64,000 bases of DNA from an uncultured Gemmatimonas sp. Its GTDB lineage: Bacteria > Gemmatimonadota > Gemmatimonadetes > Gemmatimonadales > Gemmatimonadaceae. A program made the position numbers and the translations under genes. Under the pieces are notes generated by a model, which saw only the letters and a list, made by a program, of their open reading frames with translations, ran no database searches and was not told where the DNA came from. Location: assembly GCA_964524665.1 (NCBI GenBank), contig CAZGFE010000004.1, positions 255 through 64,254 of the forward strand, in the 5' to 3' direction. Of the stretch, positions 47,473-56,141 are shown piece after piece (the first letter of the stretch is position 1; each line of letters opens with the position of its first letter).

Positions 47473-49185
47473 TCAGAGCCTCCCAGCGTTGCGCTGCTCG
47501 GTGATGTACGCGCTCGTGCGCATCGAGAGCGCCATGATCGTCCACGTGGGGTTCTTGTCGGCCTGCGAAACAAAGGGGCCACCGTCCGCGACGAAGAGGT
47601 TCTCGCACTCCCAGGCCTGACAGTTCGCGTTGAGCGCGGAGTCCCGCTCGCTCGAGCCCATGCGCACGCCGCCGAGTTCGTGGATGATCGCGCCGCCGTT
47701 GGCGATGCCGTAGCCCTGCTCGCGCGTGGGCATCGGGGAGAAGACCTCGCCGCCCATCTCGGCGATGATCGCGCGGAAGGTCTCCTGCATGTGCTTCACC
47801 TGCAGGAGTTCCGCGTCCTTCCACTCCCAGTGGAATCGGAGCACGGGGATCCCGTACTTGTCCGTGACCGTCGGGTCGAGCTCGCAGAAGGATTGATCGT
47901 TGGGGATCATCTCGCCGCGTCCGTCGAACGAGACGCTCGCGCCCCAGTATTTGCGGTAGCGCGCCTTGAGGTCGGCGCCGTAGCCGCCGCCGCCCGGATA
48001 GTTGTGGATGCTGCCCATGAACCCGTAGGTCGGCATGCCGAGTCCGCCGCCGACCTCGATGTGATAGCCGCGCGGGAAGTCGAGCTTCGAGTTGTCGAGC
48101 CACCACGGCATCATGATGTGATTGCCGCCGACGCCGTCGGCATTGTGGCGCGGCACGTCCACGAGGCGCGGGATGTAGCCGGAGACGCCCGTGCCCGTGG
48201 TGTCCGTGACGTAGCGTCCCAGCACACCGCTCGAGTTCGCGAGTCCCTGCGGGTGCCGAGAGGACTTCGAGTTCAGGAGGATGCGCGCGGTCTCGAACGC
48301 GCTCGCCGCGAGCACGACGATCCGGGCGCTGACGTGCCGGTCCTCGCCGGTCTGCGTGTCGATGTAGCTCACCCCGGTCGCGCGGCCATCGGGGCCGGTG
48401 GTGACCTCGCGCGCCATGGCGTGCGTGACGAGGCGGAGGCGGCCCGTGCGCAGCGCCGGTTGGATCAGGACATTCGTGGACGAGAAGTTCGAGTTCGTCA
48501 TGCAGCCGCGGTTGCACTGGCCGCAGTAGTGGCAGGGCGCACGGCCGTTGAGCGGCTTGGTGATCACCGAGAGTCGGGCGGGGATGCAGGTGATCCCCAT
48601 GCGGTCGGCGGTCTGCTTGATCAGGCGTTCGTGATACCGTGGTGCCGGCGGTGGGTGGAAGATGCCGTCGGGTTCGTTCGGCAGGTTCTCGATGCTCCCG
48701 AAGATCCCGACGAGCCGGTCGAGATCGTCGTACCACGGCTTGAGATCCTCGTACGTGATCGGCCAATCGTCGCCCATGCCGTCGAGCGATTTGCGACGGA
48801 AGTCGTCGGGGCCGAAGCGCAGCGAGATGCGCCCCCAGTGGTTCGTCCGCCCGCCGACCATGCGTGCGCGCCACCAATCGAAGCGCGTGCCTTCGGCGCG
48901 CGTGTACGGCTCCCCGGGAATGCTCCAGCCGCCGATGTTCGCGTCCCACTCGCCGAACGGGCGGTCCGCGGTCGATGCGCCGCGCCGCGGCGAATCGTAC
49001 GGCATCTTCATCATCGCCGAGTACTGCGCGCTGGAGTTGTCCCAGGGGCCGCCGGCTTCGAGGAGCAGGACGCGGGCACCGGCCTTGGTGAGCTGGTGGG
49101 CGGCCATTCCGCCGCCGGCGCCGGATCCGACGATCACGACGTCGTGGGTCTCGGGTTGACGGACAGGGCGAGCAGGAGCGGTCAT
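47473..49185 (-). CDS. GMC oxidoreductase (glycoside 3-dehydrogenase-like flavoprotein subunit)
   Basis: IVGSGAGG FAD motif, GGRTNHWGR, DWP..Y, CHYCGQCNRGC Fe-S motif, HELGG.RMG, KNPTWTIMAL. Confidence 0.92.
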   Translation of the reverse strand: MTAPARPVRQPETHDVVIVGSGAGGGMAAHQLTKAGARVLLLEAGGPWDNSSAQYSAMMKMPYDSPRRGASTADRPFGEWDANIGGWSIPGEPYTRAEGTRFDWWRARMVGGRTNHWGRISLRFGPDDFRRKSLDGMGDDWPITYEDLKPWYDDLDRLVGIFGSIENLPNEPDGIFHPPPAPRYHERLIKQTADRMGITCIPARLSVITKPLNGRAPCHYCGQCNRGCMTNSNFSSTNVLIQPALRTGRLRLVTHAMAREVTTGPDGRATGVSYIDTQTGEDRHVSARIVVLAASAFETARILLNSKSSRHPQGLANSSGVLGRYVTDTTGTGVSGYIPRLVDVPRHNADGVGGNHIMMPWWLDNSKLDFPRGYHIEVGGGLGMPTYGFMGSIHNYPGGGGYGADLKARYRKYWGASVSFDGRGEMIPNDQSFCELDPTVTDKYGIPVLRFHWEWKDAELLQVKHMQETFRAIIAEMGGEVFSPMPTREQGYGIANGGAIIHELGGVRMGSSERDSALNANCQAWECENLFVADGGPFVSQADKNPTWTIMALSMRTSAYITEQRNAGRL

Positions 49186-49319
49186 CGCACGGGCGGCTGG
49201 AGGAGAAGGGAAGCGCTCGGGACCCTCCAACATTGCAACGGGTGCGCGCGATGCGTCAGGGTCTCTGGTGCGACTATCGAGTCACGCCATCGGACGCGCG
49301 CCTTGAGGTCGGTCTCGCG

Positions 49320-50189
49320 CTAGAGGCCGAGCGTCCGCAGGTGGGCGCGGCTCGCGGTCGCCGACGCCCAGGCGTCCGCGGGTTCGTCGTGCTCGACGTA
49401 GGCGTGCCGCACCGCGTGTGCGGCACCCGTCTCGAGGATCGCCTTCCAGTCGAGGACGCCGGCGCCGAGGTCGCGCTGCCGGTGCTCTGGTGCGCCGCTC
49501 GAGTCCTTCAGGTGCAGGTGGGTGATCCGTGTGCCATGGCGTGCGATCATCGCCCGCGGATCCTGCCCCGCCTTGAACGCCCAGAAACAGTCCAGCTCGA
49601 ACGTGACGAAGGCCGGATCCGACTCGGCGAGCAGGATCTCCCACGCGCTGCGGCCGCCGAGGTCGGCGAACTCGAAATCGTGGTTGTGGTAGCCCGTGCG
49701 GATGCCCACGCGCGCGGCGGTGCGTCCCGCTTCGCTGAGGAGCGCGGCAAGACGCTTCCAGCCGTCGGCGTCTCGCTGTGTCGGTGGCGTCCACGCGACG
49801 ATCAGTGTCTCGTGTCCCATGATCTCCGCGCGCTCGATCAGGGCGGGGAGGCGCGCCGGCGTGAGCTGCGCCGGATCGATGTGCGCGGCGGGCGAACGGA
49901 GCCCATGCTGATCGAGCAGGGCGCGCAGTTGCACAGGGGTGCGCTCCCAGGTGCCCCACCACTCGATCTCACTGAACCCGAGCGTGGCGATGCGCGCGAT
50001 GGTCGCCTCCGGGTCGCGGCGCATCTCCTGCCGCACCATGTACAGCTGCACGCCGATGTTCCGGAGCGGCGCGGCGAGGGAACGGCGCGCGCGCCCTGCC
50101 GCATCGGCGAACGCCCACGCCTCCCGCGGCAGCAGTGACTGCGCTCCGAGTGCACCGAGCGCGAGCAGCAGGTCGCGGCGCGTGGTCAT
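49320..50189 (-). CDS. Sugar phosphate isomerase/epimerase (xylose isomerase-like TIM barrel) with Tat signal
   Basis: TRRDLL; GVQLY.VR, GYHNHDFEF, FELDCFW, HLKD, VEHD. Confidence 0.9.
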   Translation of the reverse strand: MTTRRDLLLALGALGAQSLLPREAWAFADAAGRARRSLAAPLRNIGVQLYMVRQEMRRDPEATIARIATLGFSEIEWWGTWERTPVQLRALLDQHGLRSPAAHIDPAQLTPARLPALIERAEIMGHETLIVAWTPPTQRDADGWKRLAALLSEAGRTAARVGIRTGYHNHDFEFADLGGRSAWEILLAESDPAFVTFELDCFWAFKAGQDPRAMIARHGTRITHLHLKDSSGAPEHRQRDLGAGVLDWKAILETGAAHAVRHAYVEHDEPADAWASATASRAHLRTLGL

Positions 50190-51991
50190 CCTTGGTAGTA
50201 CTTGGCGGGGTCGTAGGCCATCGAGGACTTGAAGTACGCGCGGAGCGTGGCCACGTCGCGGTCGACGTCGCCCGTCGTGTGAAACAGCGGGTGCACGCGG
50301 ATCTCGCGCGCTGAGAAGTCGAGCGCGATCGGGACGATGGGGATCCGCGCCTTGTGCGCGATCCACCAGAACCCGGTGCGCCACTGCATCACGGCGCGGC
50401 GGGTGCCCTCGGGTGCCAGCGCGATGATGATCCGCTCGCTCCGCTCCACCAGCTCCACGGTCTGCGTGACCACATCACTCTTGCTCGCGCGGTCCACGGG
50501 GAAGCCGCCCAAGAACCGCATCACGATCCCGAGCGGGAACTTGAAGAGCGTGTCCTTGCCGAGGAAGGAGACCCGGATGCCGATCGCGAACATCGCGGCC
50601 ACACCGGTGGGGAAGTCCCAGTTTGACGTATGCGGCGCGACGATGCAGACGAACTTCTTCTGGTCCGGAAAGAGCTCGCCGCTGAATTTCCACCCCGTCA
50701 GGCGCATCACCGCCGTGCCGAAGCGCCGCGTCCAGATCCCGCCCCGCGTGGCGACGGTCGGCGCGAGGATCGGTACGTGCACGCGCCCGCCGTGACGGCC
50801 CGGCGCATCCGCGTCGCGGCCGGCGTGTGTGTAGAGCACGCGCGCGCTCAGCACGCCAAAGAGCGTCAGCGAGACGCCCACGGCCGCGAAGATCCGGGCC
50901 CACGCGGGCGCTCCACTCGGCGCGCGCAACCACTCCACCAGCACACCACCGACGATCGGGCCGACGAGAAATCCGACCGAGCCCGCCACTTGGAAGCTTC
51001 CGAACAGCCCTTCGCCCGCGCCCTGACGTGCGAACTCGCTCACCAGCACGAGGCTCGGCGCGAACATCAACGCGCTGAGCACGCCGGACAGCACCATCGC
51101 GGCCGGCAGCCACGCGAGCGGCAGCACCCCGTACGAGGCGTAGACGAGCCCGAAGAGCATGTTGGCGGCGATGAGCGGGCCAAACCAGCCGACGCGGTCC
51201 GCGAGCTTGCCGGCCGGCCAACAGAAGGCCGCGAAGGGCAAGAGGAAGAAGCTCATGAGCGCACCGCGCGCCGCCGCGCTCACGCCGTGCACTTCCGTGA
51301 GAAAGAGCGTGAAGGTCGAGACGAAGACGCCGATCAGGAACCGGTCCGCGAAGCCGTAGGCGAGTGGCATCCAGCTCACGAGGCGGCGGCGGTCCCACTG
51401 GTAGCGTTGCGGCGCAGTGGACGGCGCGCCGACCTCATGACGCGCATGCGTCGTGGGCACGCGCAGGGCGCTCAAGCCCGCGATCACCAGCAGCGCGGCA
51501 CCGACCACGTACACGAGCAGCGGGTCCCGATCGATGAGCACGCCGCCGAGCGGCGCCCCGACCCCGATGCCCACCATCAGCGCCGACGCCACGACGCCGA
51601 GGGACGCCCCGCGTCGCTGTCCGCCGGCACGGTTGGCCGCGATCATCAAGAACGTCACGGCGGGCAGGTGTGCGATGCCGTCGAGCGCCCGCCACGCGAA
51701 CAACGCACCGAGCGTCGGCGCCGAATGCATGCCAAGGAAGGCGACCGCGTCCAGCAGCAGCAGCGCGGGGATCCACCAGCGTTGGGTGGGAAACCGGCGG
51801 TGCAGGAGCATCGCGAACGGAACCGCGATGATCCCGGCCAGCTGGTTCAGCGAGACGAAGAGGTGCGCCTGAAAGCGCGTGCCCCCGTGTTGATCCACGA
51901 CGAGCTCGGTGAGCCCGGGGACCAGCAGCGTGATCGGGACGAGCGTCAGGAAGGTCGCGAGTGCGATCCAGCGCAGCGCGAAACGGTCCAT
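50186..51991 (-). CDS. MFS transporter fused to a PlsC-type (lyso)phospholipid acyltransferase
   Basis: About 12 TM helices with GKLADRVG motif, then in frame APHTSNWD (HxxxxD), GGFPVDR, PEGTR. Confidence 0.82.
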   Translation of the reverse strand: MDRFALRWIALATFLTLVPITLLVPGLTELVVDQHGGTRFQAHLFVSLNQLAGIIAVPFAMLLHRRFPTQRWWIPALLLLDAVAFLGMHSAPTLGALFAWRALDGIAHLPAVTFLMIAANRAGGQRRGASLGVVASALMVGIGVGAPLGGVLIDRDPLLVYVVGAALLVIAGLSALRVPTTHARHEVGAPSTAPQRYQWDRRRLVSWMPLAYGFADRFLIGVFVSTFTLFLTEVHGVSAAARGALMSFFLLPFAAFCWPAGKLADRVGWFGPLIAANMLFGLVYASYGVLPLAWLPAAMVLSGVLSALMFAPSLVLVSEFARQGAGEGLFGSFQVAGSVGFLVGPIVGGVLVEWLRAPSGAPAWARIFAAVGVSLTLFGVLSARVLYTHAGRDADAPGRHGGRVHVPILAPTVATRGGIWTRRFGTAVMRLTGWKFSGELFPDQKKFVCIVAPHTSNWDFPTGVAAMFAIGIRVSFLGKDTLFKFPLGIVMRFLGGFPVDRASKSDVVTQTVELVERSERIIIALAPEGTRRAVMQWRTGFWWIAHKARIPIVPIALDFSAREIRVHPLFHTTGDVDRDVATLRAYFKSSMAYDPAKYYQG

Positions 51992-52035
51992 GGTGGGCAC
52001 GCGGGGAATCTACTCCGTGCCGCAGGGTCCGTGGC

Positions 52036-52854
52036 TCACTTGAAGCCGTCCTCGTAGAGCTCGGCCAGCCGACGCAGCGGCCCGAAATCGCCCGTCTCCT
52101 CCGCGACGATCAGGATCCCGGTGAAGTCGGGGGTGATCGTGGGTGCGCCGGCAAGCGTTCGCGTGAGCGGCTGCTGCGAGAGCACGCGGTCGCCAAAGCG
52201 CTTGACGTGCCGCGCCAGCGCGGCGTCGCCGCTCGCGTCGGCGGCTAGCACGACCGCGCGTCCGAGCGGGAGTCCGCTCTCAATGCATGCCGAGAGTGTG
52301 CGGGCGAATCGCGCGCGGACGAAGGGCGGACGCCGTTGGTAGCGCTGCGCCAGGCGCGCGAGCACGAGACCGCCCAGGGTGAACCAACCGACCAGCCCCG
52401 CGATGGTCGCCACCCAATACGCCGTGACCAATCCTCGAAAGACGAGTGGCAGCGGCAGCAGCACGACCGCCACGAGCGACACGAACATCGGGTAGCTCAT
52501 CCACTTCTTCACTTTCAGGATCAGCTTGTACTGGCGAAAATGAAAATCGGCGAGTTCGCCGAGCACACGGTCCAGCGTGCCGCTCTCCTCGGCCATGGTC
52601 AGCAGCGCGATCTCGAAGGGCTCGAACAGCTCACTCCGCTGCCGCACGAGTTGCGCGATGTCCTTGCCGGCGCGCGTCCCCTCAAGGAGGTGCTGGCGGA
52701 TCTCGCGCGTGGTGCCGCCGAGCGCCGCGACCTCGGCGAGGATCTTCGGATGCGTGAGTCCCGCCGACAGCCCCGTGCGCCATCCGCGATAGAACTCCGA
52801 GCGATCGCGGCCGTCGTCAAAGGCGCGCAGCAGCGCGGCGACGCTGGTCCTCAT
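52036..52854 (-). CDS. Type II secretion system F / PilC-like platform protein (short, 272 aa)
   Basis: AEESGTLDRVL.ELADF, MSYPMF, ARFARTLS..IESGLPL, VAEETG; ATGA overlap with upstream MFS. Confidence 0.75.
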   Translation of the reverse strand: MRTSVAALLRAFDDGRDRSEFYRGWRTGLSAGLTHPKILAEVAALGGTTREIRQHLLEGTRAGKDIAQLVRQRSELFEPFEIALLTMAEESGTLDRVLGELADFHFRQYKLILKVKKWMSYPMFVSLVAVVLLPLPLVFRGLVTAYWVATIAGLVGWFTLGGLVLARLAQRYQRRPPFVRARFARTLSACIESGLPLGRAVVLAADASGDAALARHVKRFGDRVLSQQPLTRTLAGAPTITPDFTGILIVAEETGDFGPLRRLAELYEDGFK

Positions 52855-54092
52855 GCGCGCTGGAGGCGGGAGAGCGAAAGAATGCCGAGCGCCGGTCCCA
52901 CGGCGAGGAACGCGAACGCCGCGCTCCAGCCAACGCGCTCGACGAGCGGCGGGATGCCCTGAATGGTAAGCGTGGTAAGCAGGAAGCCGAGCGAGACCTG
53001 CAGCGTGAGCGCGGTGCCGACCGCGTGCGGCGGGACCGACTCGGTGACGAGCACCGAGAACTGCGCGGAGTCCGCGATCACGAAGAAGCCCCACACGAGC
53101 GCCAGCGGTCCGAGGATCCACGGCGAGCTGCCGAACGCCAGCCCGATCAAGAGCGCGCACGCGCCGCTGGCGGCCATCGAGAGCATGGCCACGCGTGCGC
53201 GCCCGATCCGGTCGCCGACCACGCCGCCCCAGATGCACCCAAGTCCTCCGATCGCGATCGTGCCAAAGGCGAGTACGCCCACCCACGGCGCGTCCCCCGC
53301 CGCAGCGCGGCCGCTCGCCGCCACCGCGCTCGCGGCGACGAACACGGGGATCCACGTCCAGTAGCTGTAGAGCTCCGCCATGTGGCCGAGGTAGCCGCCG
53401 GTGGACAGTCGCCAACGTCGGCTCCGCAGTACCTCGCCGACCAATCCCCAGTGGAACGGACGCGCGGGGAAGGCGTGCGGCCCGTCGGTCCACCACGCGG
53501 CGATCAGCGCCGCGGCCAATAGTGCGGACGCCGACGCTGAGAGGACGATCAGTTCGAGGGAGGCGTGCGGGAGTGCGTGCCAGAGATAGGGCGTTGCCTT
53601 GCCCACCGTCAGCGCGCCCACCACCGTGGCGACGGCGAGTCCGCGCCGGGCGCGGAACCAGGTGGCCGCCATCTTCATGGCCGGTGGGTAGACGCCCGCG
53701 AGAAAGAACCCGGACGCGGCCCGCCCGGCGAGCACCAGGGCGTAGCTCGGAGCCAGGAGCAGAGTGGCGTTGGCGAGGGCGCCTCCGACCGCACACACCG
53801 CGAAGAACCGTCTGGCCGGCACGACGTCCGCCAGGTTGAGCAGCGCAGAGACCGCCGTCCCGAGCACGAATCCGAGCTGCACGGCGGTGGCGAGCCCACC
53901 CACCTCGCTCGGTGACAGCGCCCAGCGCGCGGAGAGCTGCGGCGCCGCCGCGCTCCCCGCGAACCAGAGCGCCATGCCGAGCAGCTCGGCCACCGCAATG
54001 AGCGCGAGCATCCGCCACGCCCGCGGCGTGTCCTCCAGCGGCGCGGGTTTGGGGGCTGTATCTTCGCGCGCACCCTCGGCAGAGGCGGACAT
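52851..54092 (-). CDS. MFS transporter (start could be 54011)
   Basis: About 12 TM helices; LAGVYPPAMK, GHMAELY..WTW, GDRIGR, ADSAQFS. Confidence 0.88.
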   Translation of the reverse strand: MSASAEGAREDTAPKPAPLEDTPRAWRMLALIAVAELLGMALWFAGSAAAPQLSARWALSPSEVGGLATAVQLGFVLGTAVSALLNLADVVPARRFFAVCAVGGALANATLLLAPSYALVLAGRAASGFFLAGVYPPAMKMAATWFRARRGLAVATVVGALTVGKATPYLWHALPHASLELIVLSASASALLAAALIAAWWTDGPHAFPARPFHWGLVGEVLRSRRWRLSTGGYLGHMAELYSYWTWIPVFVAASAVAASGRAAAGDAPWVGVLAFGTIAIGGLGCIWGGVVGDRIGRARVAMLSMAASGACALLIGLAFGSSPWILGPLALVWGFFVIADSAQFSVLVTESVPPHAVGTALTLQVSLGFLLTTLTIQGIPPLVERVGWSAAFAFLAVGPALGILSLSRLQRA

Positions 54093-54095
54093 CGC

Positions 54096-55583
54096 GTGAA
54101 AGATACGGCCGCAGAACTCGAACTGCTCATCCGCTCCAAGTACTCGCTCATCCTCCTGGAGACCGCGGAGCCGGAGCGTGCGGATGCGATGCTGGCACTC
54201 ATCGCGTCGAACCTCTCACTGCTCTTCTTCTCGTGGAGTCGTTCCCGCGGGCTGCGTCGTGGGAGTCAGCCGGGAGACCCGTTCATCGAGCAGACCGCCG
54301 AGCCGGCCAAGGCGCTCGCGCGCATCCCGCAGGAGGGGATCGGGATCTTCCACTTTCGGGGCCTCGGGCCCTTTCTCGAGGACCCGGTCGTCGCGAGCCA
54401 CGTGCTCGACGGCGTCGCACACTTTGGGAACCGTCGCGGAGCGATCGTCATCTCCGGGCACGAGACCCACTTGCCCGACTCCCTGCGGCCGCACGCGGTG
54501 ACGCTCACGCTGCCGACCCCCGGATTCCACGACCATCGCCAGCTGCTCGAAAAGCTGATCCGGGACTACTCGGCGAAGATGCCGGTGAAGGTGGACCTCA
54601 CGCACGAAGAGCGTACGCGGCTCGTGAACAACCTCGTCGGGCTCTCGCTCACGGAGTCCGAGAAGGTGATCACCAAGTTGATCATGGAGGACGGCGCGAT
54701 CCGCGGCGCGGACGTGGGGCGCGTCGCGGAATCCAAGCGCCAGGTGGTCGAGCAGGATGGCTTGCTCGAGTACTGGCCCGCGGGAGACTCGCTTGGCGAG
54801 GTCGCGGGACTGGCCGGGCTCAAGGCGTGGCTCGCCAAGCGCCGCGCCGTGGTGCACGACCCGCAGCGGGCGGCGTCGTTCGGCCTGGGGTTCCCGCGCG
54901 GTGTGCTGCTGCTCGGCGTCCCGGGCTGCGGCAAATCACTCTGCGCCAAGGCCATCGCGAGTGAGTGGGGACTTCCGCTGCTCAAACTCGATCCGGCGAA
55001 TCTCTACGACAAGTACATCGGCGACAGCGAGAAGAACTTCAAGCGCGCGATGCGGACGGCGGAACGGATGGCGCCGATCGTGCTCTGGATCGACGAGCTG
55101 GAAAAGGCGTTCGCCAGTTCCGGCGATTCGGACGGCGGCGTCTCCAAGCGCGTCTTTGGCACGTTCCTCTCGTGGCTGCAGGAGCGCAAAGGCGACGTGT
55201 TCGTCACCGCGACGTCGAATGACATTGCCAAGCTGCCGCCCGAGTTCATTCGCAAGGGGCGGTTCGACGAGGTGTTCTTCGTGGACCTGCCGCTGGATGC
55301 GGCGCGCGCGGAGATCTTTCGGATCCATCTGCGCAAGCGGAATCAGGATCCCGGTGGGTTCGATCTCGCGGCACTTGCGGCCGCCACCGAAGGATTCTCC
55401 GGCGCCGAGATCGAACAGGTGGTCGTGGGTGCACTCTACGCCTCGTTCTCGACCGGGAAGCCGCTCCAGACCGTCGACCTGACCCGCGAGGCTGCGGCCA
55501 CCCGGCCACTCTCGGGCACGATGCATGAGCGGATCGCGGAACTCAGGGAGTGGGCGTCGACCCGGACGGTCAGCGCCGAGTGA
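54096..55583 (+). CDS. Ycf46-like AAA+ ATPase
   Basis: N-terminal ELELLIRSKY.LI.LET.E..RA; Walker A GVPGCGKS, Walker B LWIDELEK, SRH RKGRFDE, end LREWA..R. Confidence 0.88.
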   Translation: MKDTAAELELLIRSKYSLILLETAEPERADAMLALIASNLSLLFFSWSRSRGLRRGSQPGDPFIEQTAEPAKALARIPQEGIGIFHFRGLGPFLEDPVVASHVLDGVAHFGNRRGAIVISGHETHLPDSLRPHAVTLTLPTPGFHDHRQLLEKLIRDYSAKMPVKVDLTHEERTRLVNNLVGLSLTESEKVITKLIMEDGAIRGADVGRVAESKRQVVEQDGLLEYWPAGDSLGEVAGLAGLKAWLAKRRAVVHDPQRAASFGLGFPRGVLLLGVPGCGKSLCAKAIASEWGLPLLKLDPANLYDKYIGDSEKNFKRAMRTAERMAPIVLWIDELEKAFASSGDSDGGVSKRVFGTFLSWLQERKGDVFVTATSNDIAKLPPEFIRKGRFDEVFFVDLPLDAARAEIFRIHLRKRNQDPGGFDLAALAAATEGFSGAEIEQVVVGALYASFSTGKPLQTVDLTREAAATRPLSGTMHERIAELREWASTRTVSAE

Positions 55584-55697
55584 CGGGCGGGGACGCGGCC
55601 TGTCGCGCCTGAAGCGCCGCCGATATGCTTTGGGGTCGCCTCAGCGCTGCGAGGCGGCATCTGACCACCGTCCCGCCCACTCTTCCGGAGTTTCTCG

Positions 55698-56135
55698 ATG
55701 CGTCGTGGTTCCCTCGCCGTTCTCGCCGCCGCTGCTCTCGTCACCACCGCCTGCCGCAGCGGTTCTGCTGACGTTGCCGCAACTCCTGCGCCGATGGCGG
55801 CGCCGGCCGCGCCGGCCCCGGCGCCTGCCGCACCCGTGGTCAACGCCGCCGGGCGCTGGGCGCTCGTGATCGAGGCGCAGGGGGCGGCGCTGGAACTGGT
55901 GCTCGATCTCCGGAAGGTGACGGATACGGAGTACGCCGGTACGGCGACGAGTCAGGTGTTTCCGCCGATGACCCTCACCAAGGTCACGCTCACCGGGAAC
56001 AAGCTGATGATCCAGGCGCCTGCGCCGACGGGCGACGTGGCGACGTTCAATCTCGTGATCGACGGCGACCGGATGTCCGGCGACTGGTCGATGCCGGGGA
56101 TGGGATCGGGCGTGACGGGTCGCCGGATCCCCTGA
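55698..56135 (+). CDS. Hypothetical small lipoprotein (beta-rich)
   Basis: GGAG RBS; signal with lipobox TTAC, Ala/Pro linker, 'AGRW' and 'MSGDW' beta domain. Confidence 0.7.
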   Translation: MRRGSLAVLAAAALVTTACRSGSADVAATPAPMAAPAAPAPAPAAPVVNAAGRWALVIEAQGAALELVLDLRKVTDTEYAGTATSQVFPPMTLTKVTLTGNKLMIQAPAPTGDVATFNLVIDGDRMSGDWSMPGMGSGVTGRRIP

Positions 56136-56141
56136 GTCGCG

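Noticed and set aside
52855..54018. N-terminal extension of the 660-aa ORF / MFS-PilC frameshift fusion
   Set aside because: Out-of-frame shadow of the MFS gene; a clean ATGA overlap at 52851-52854 explains the junction.
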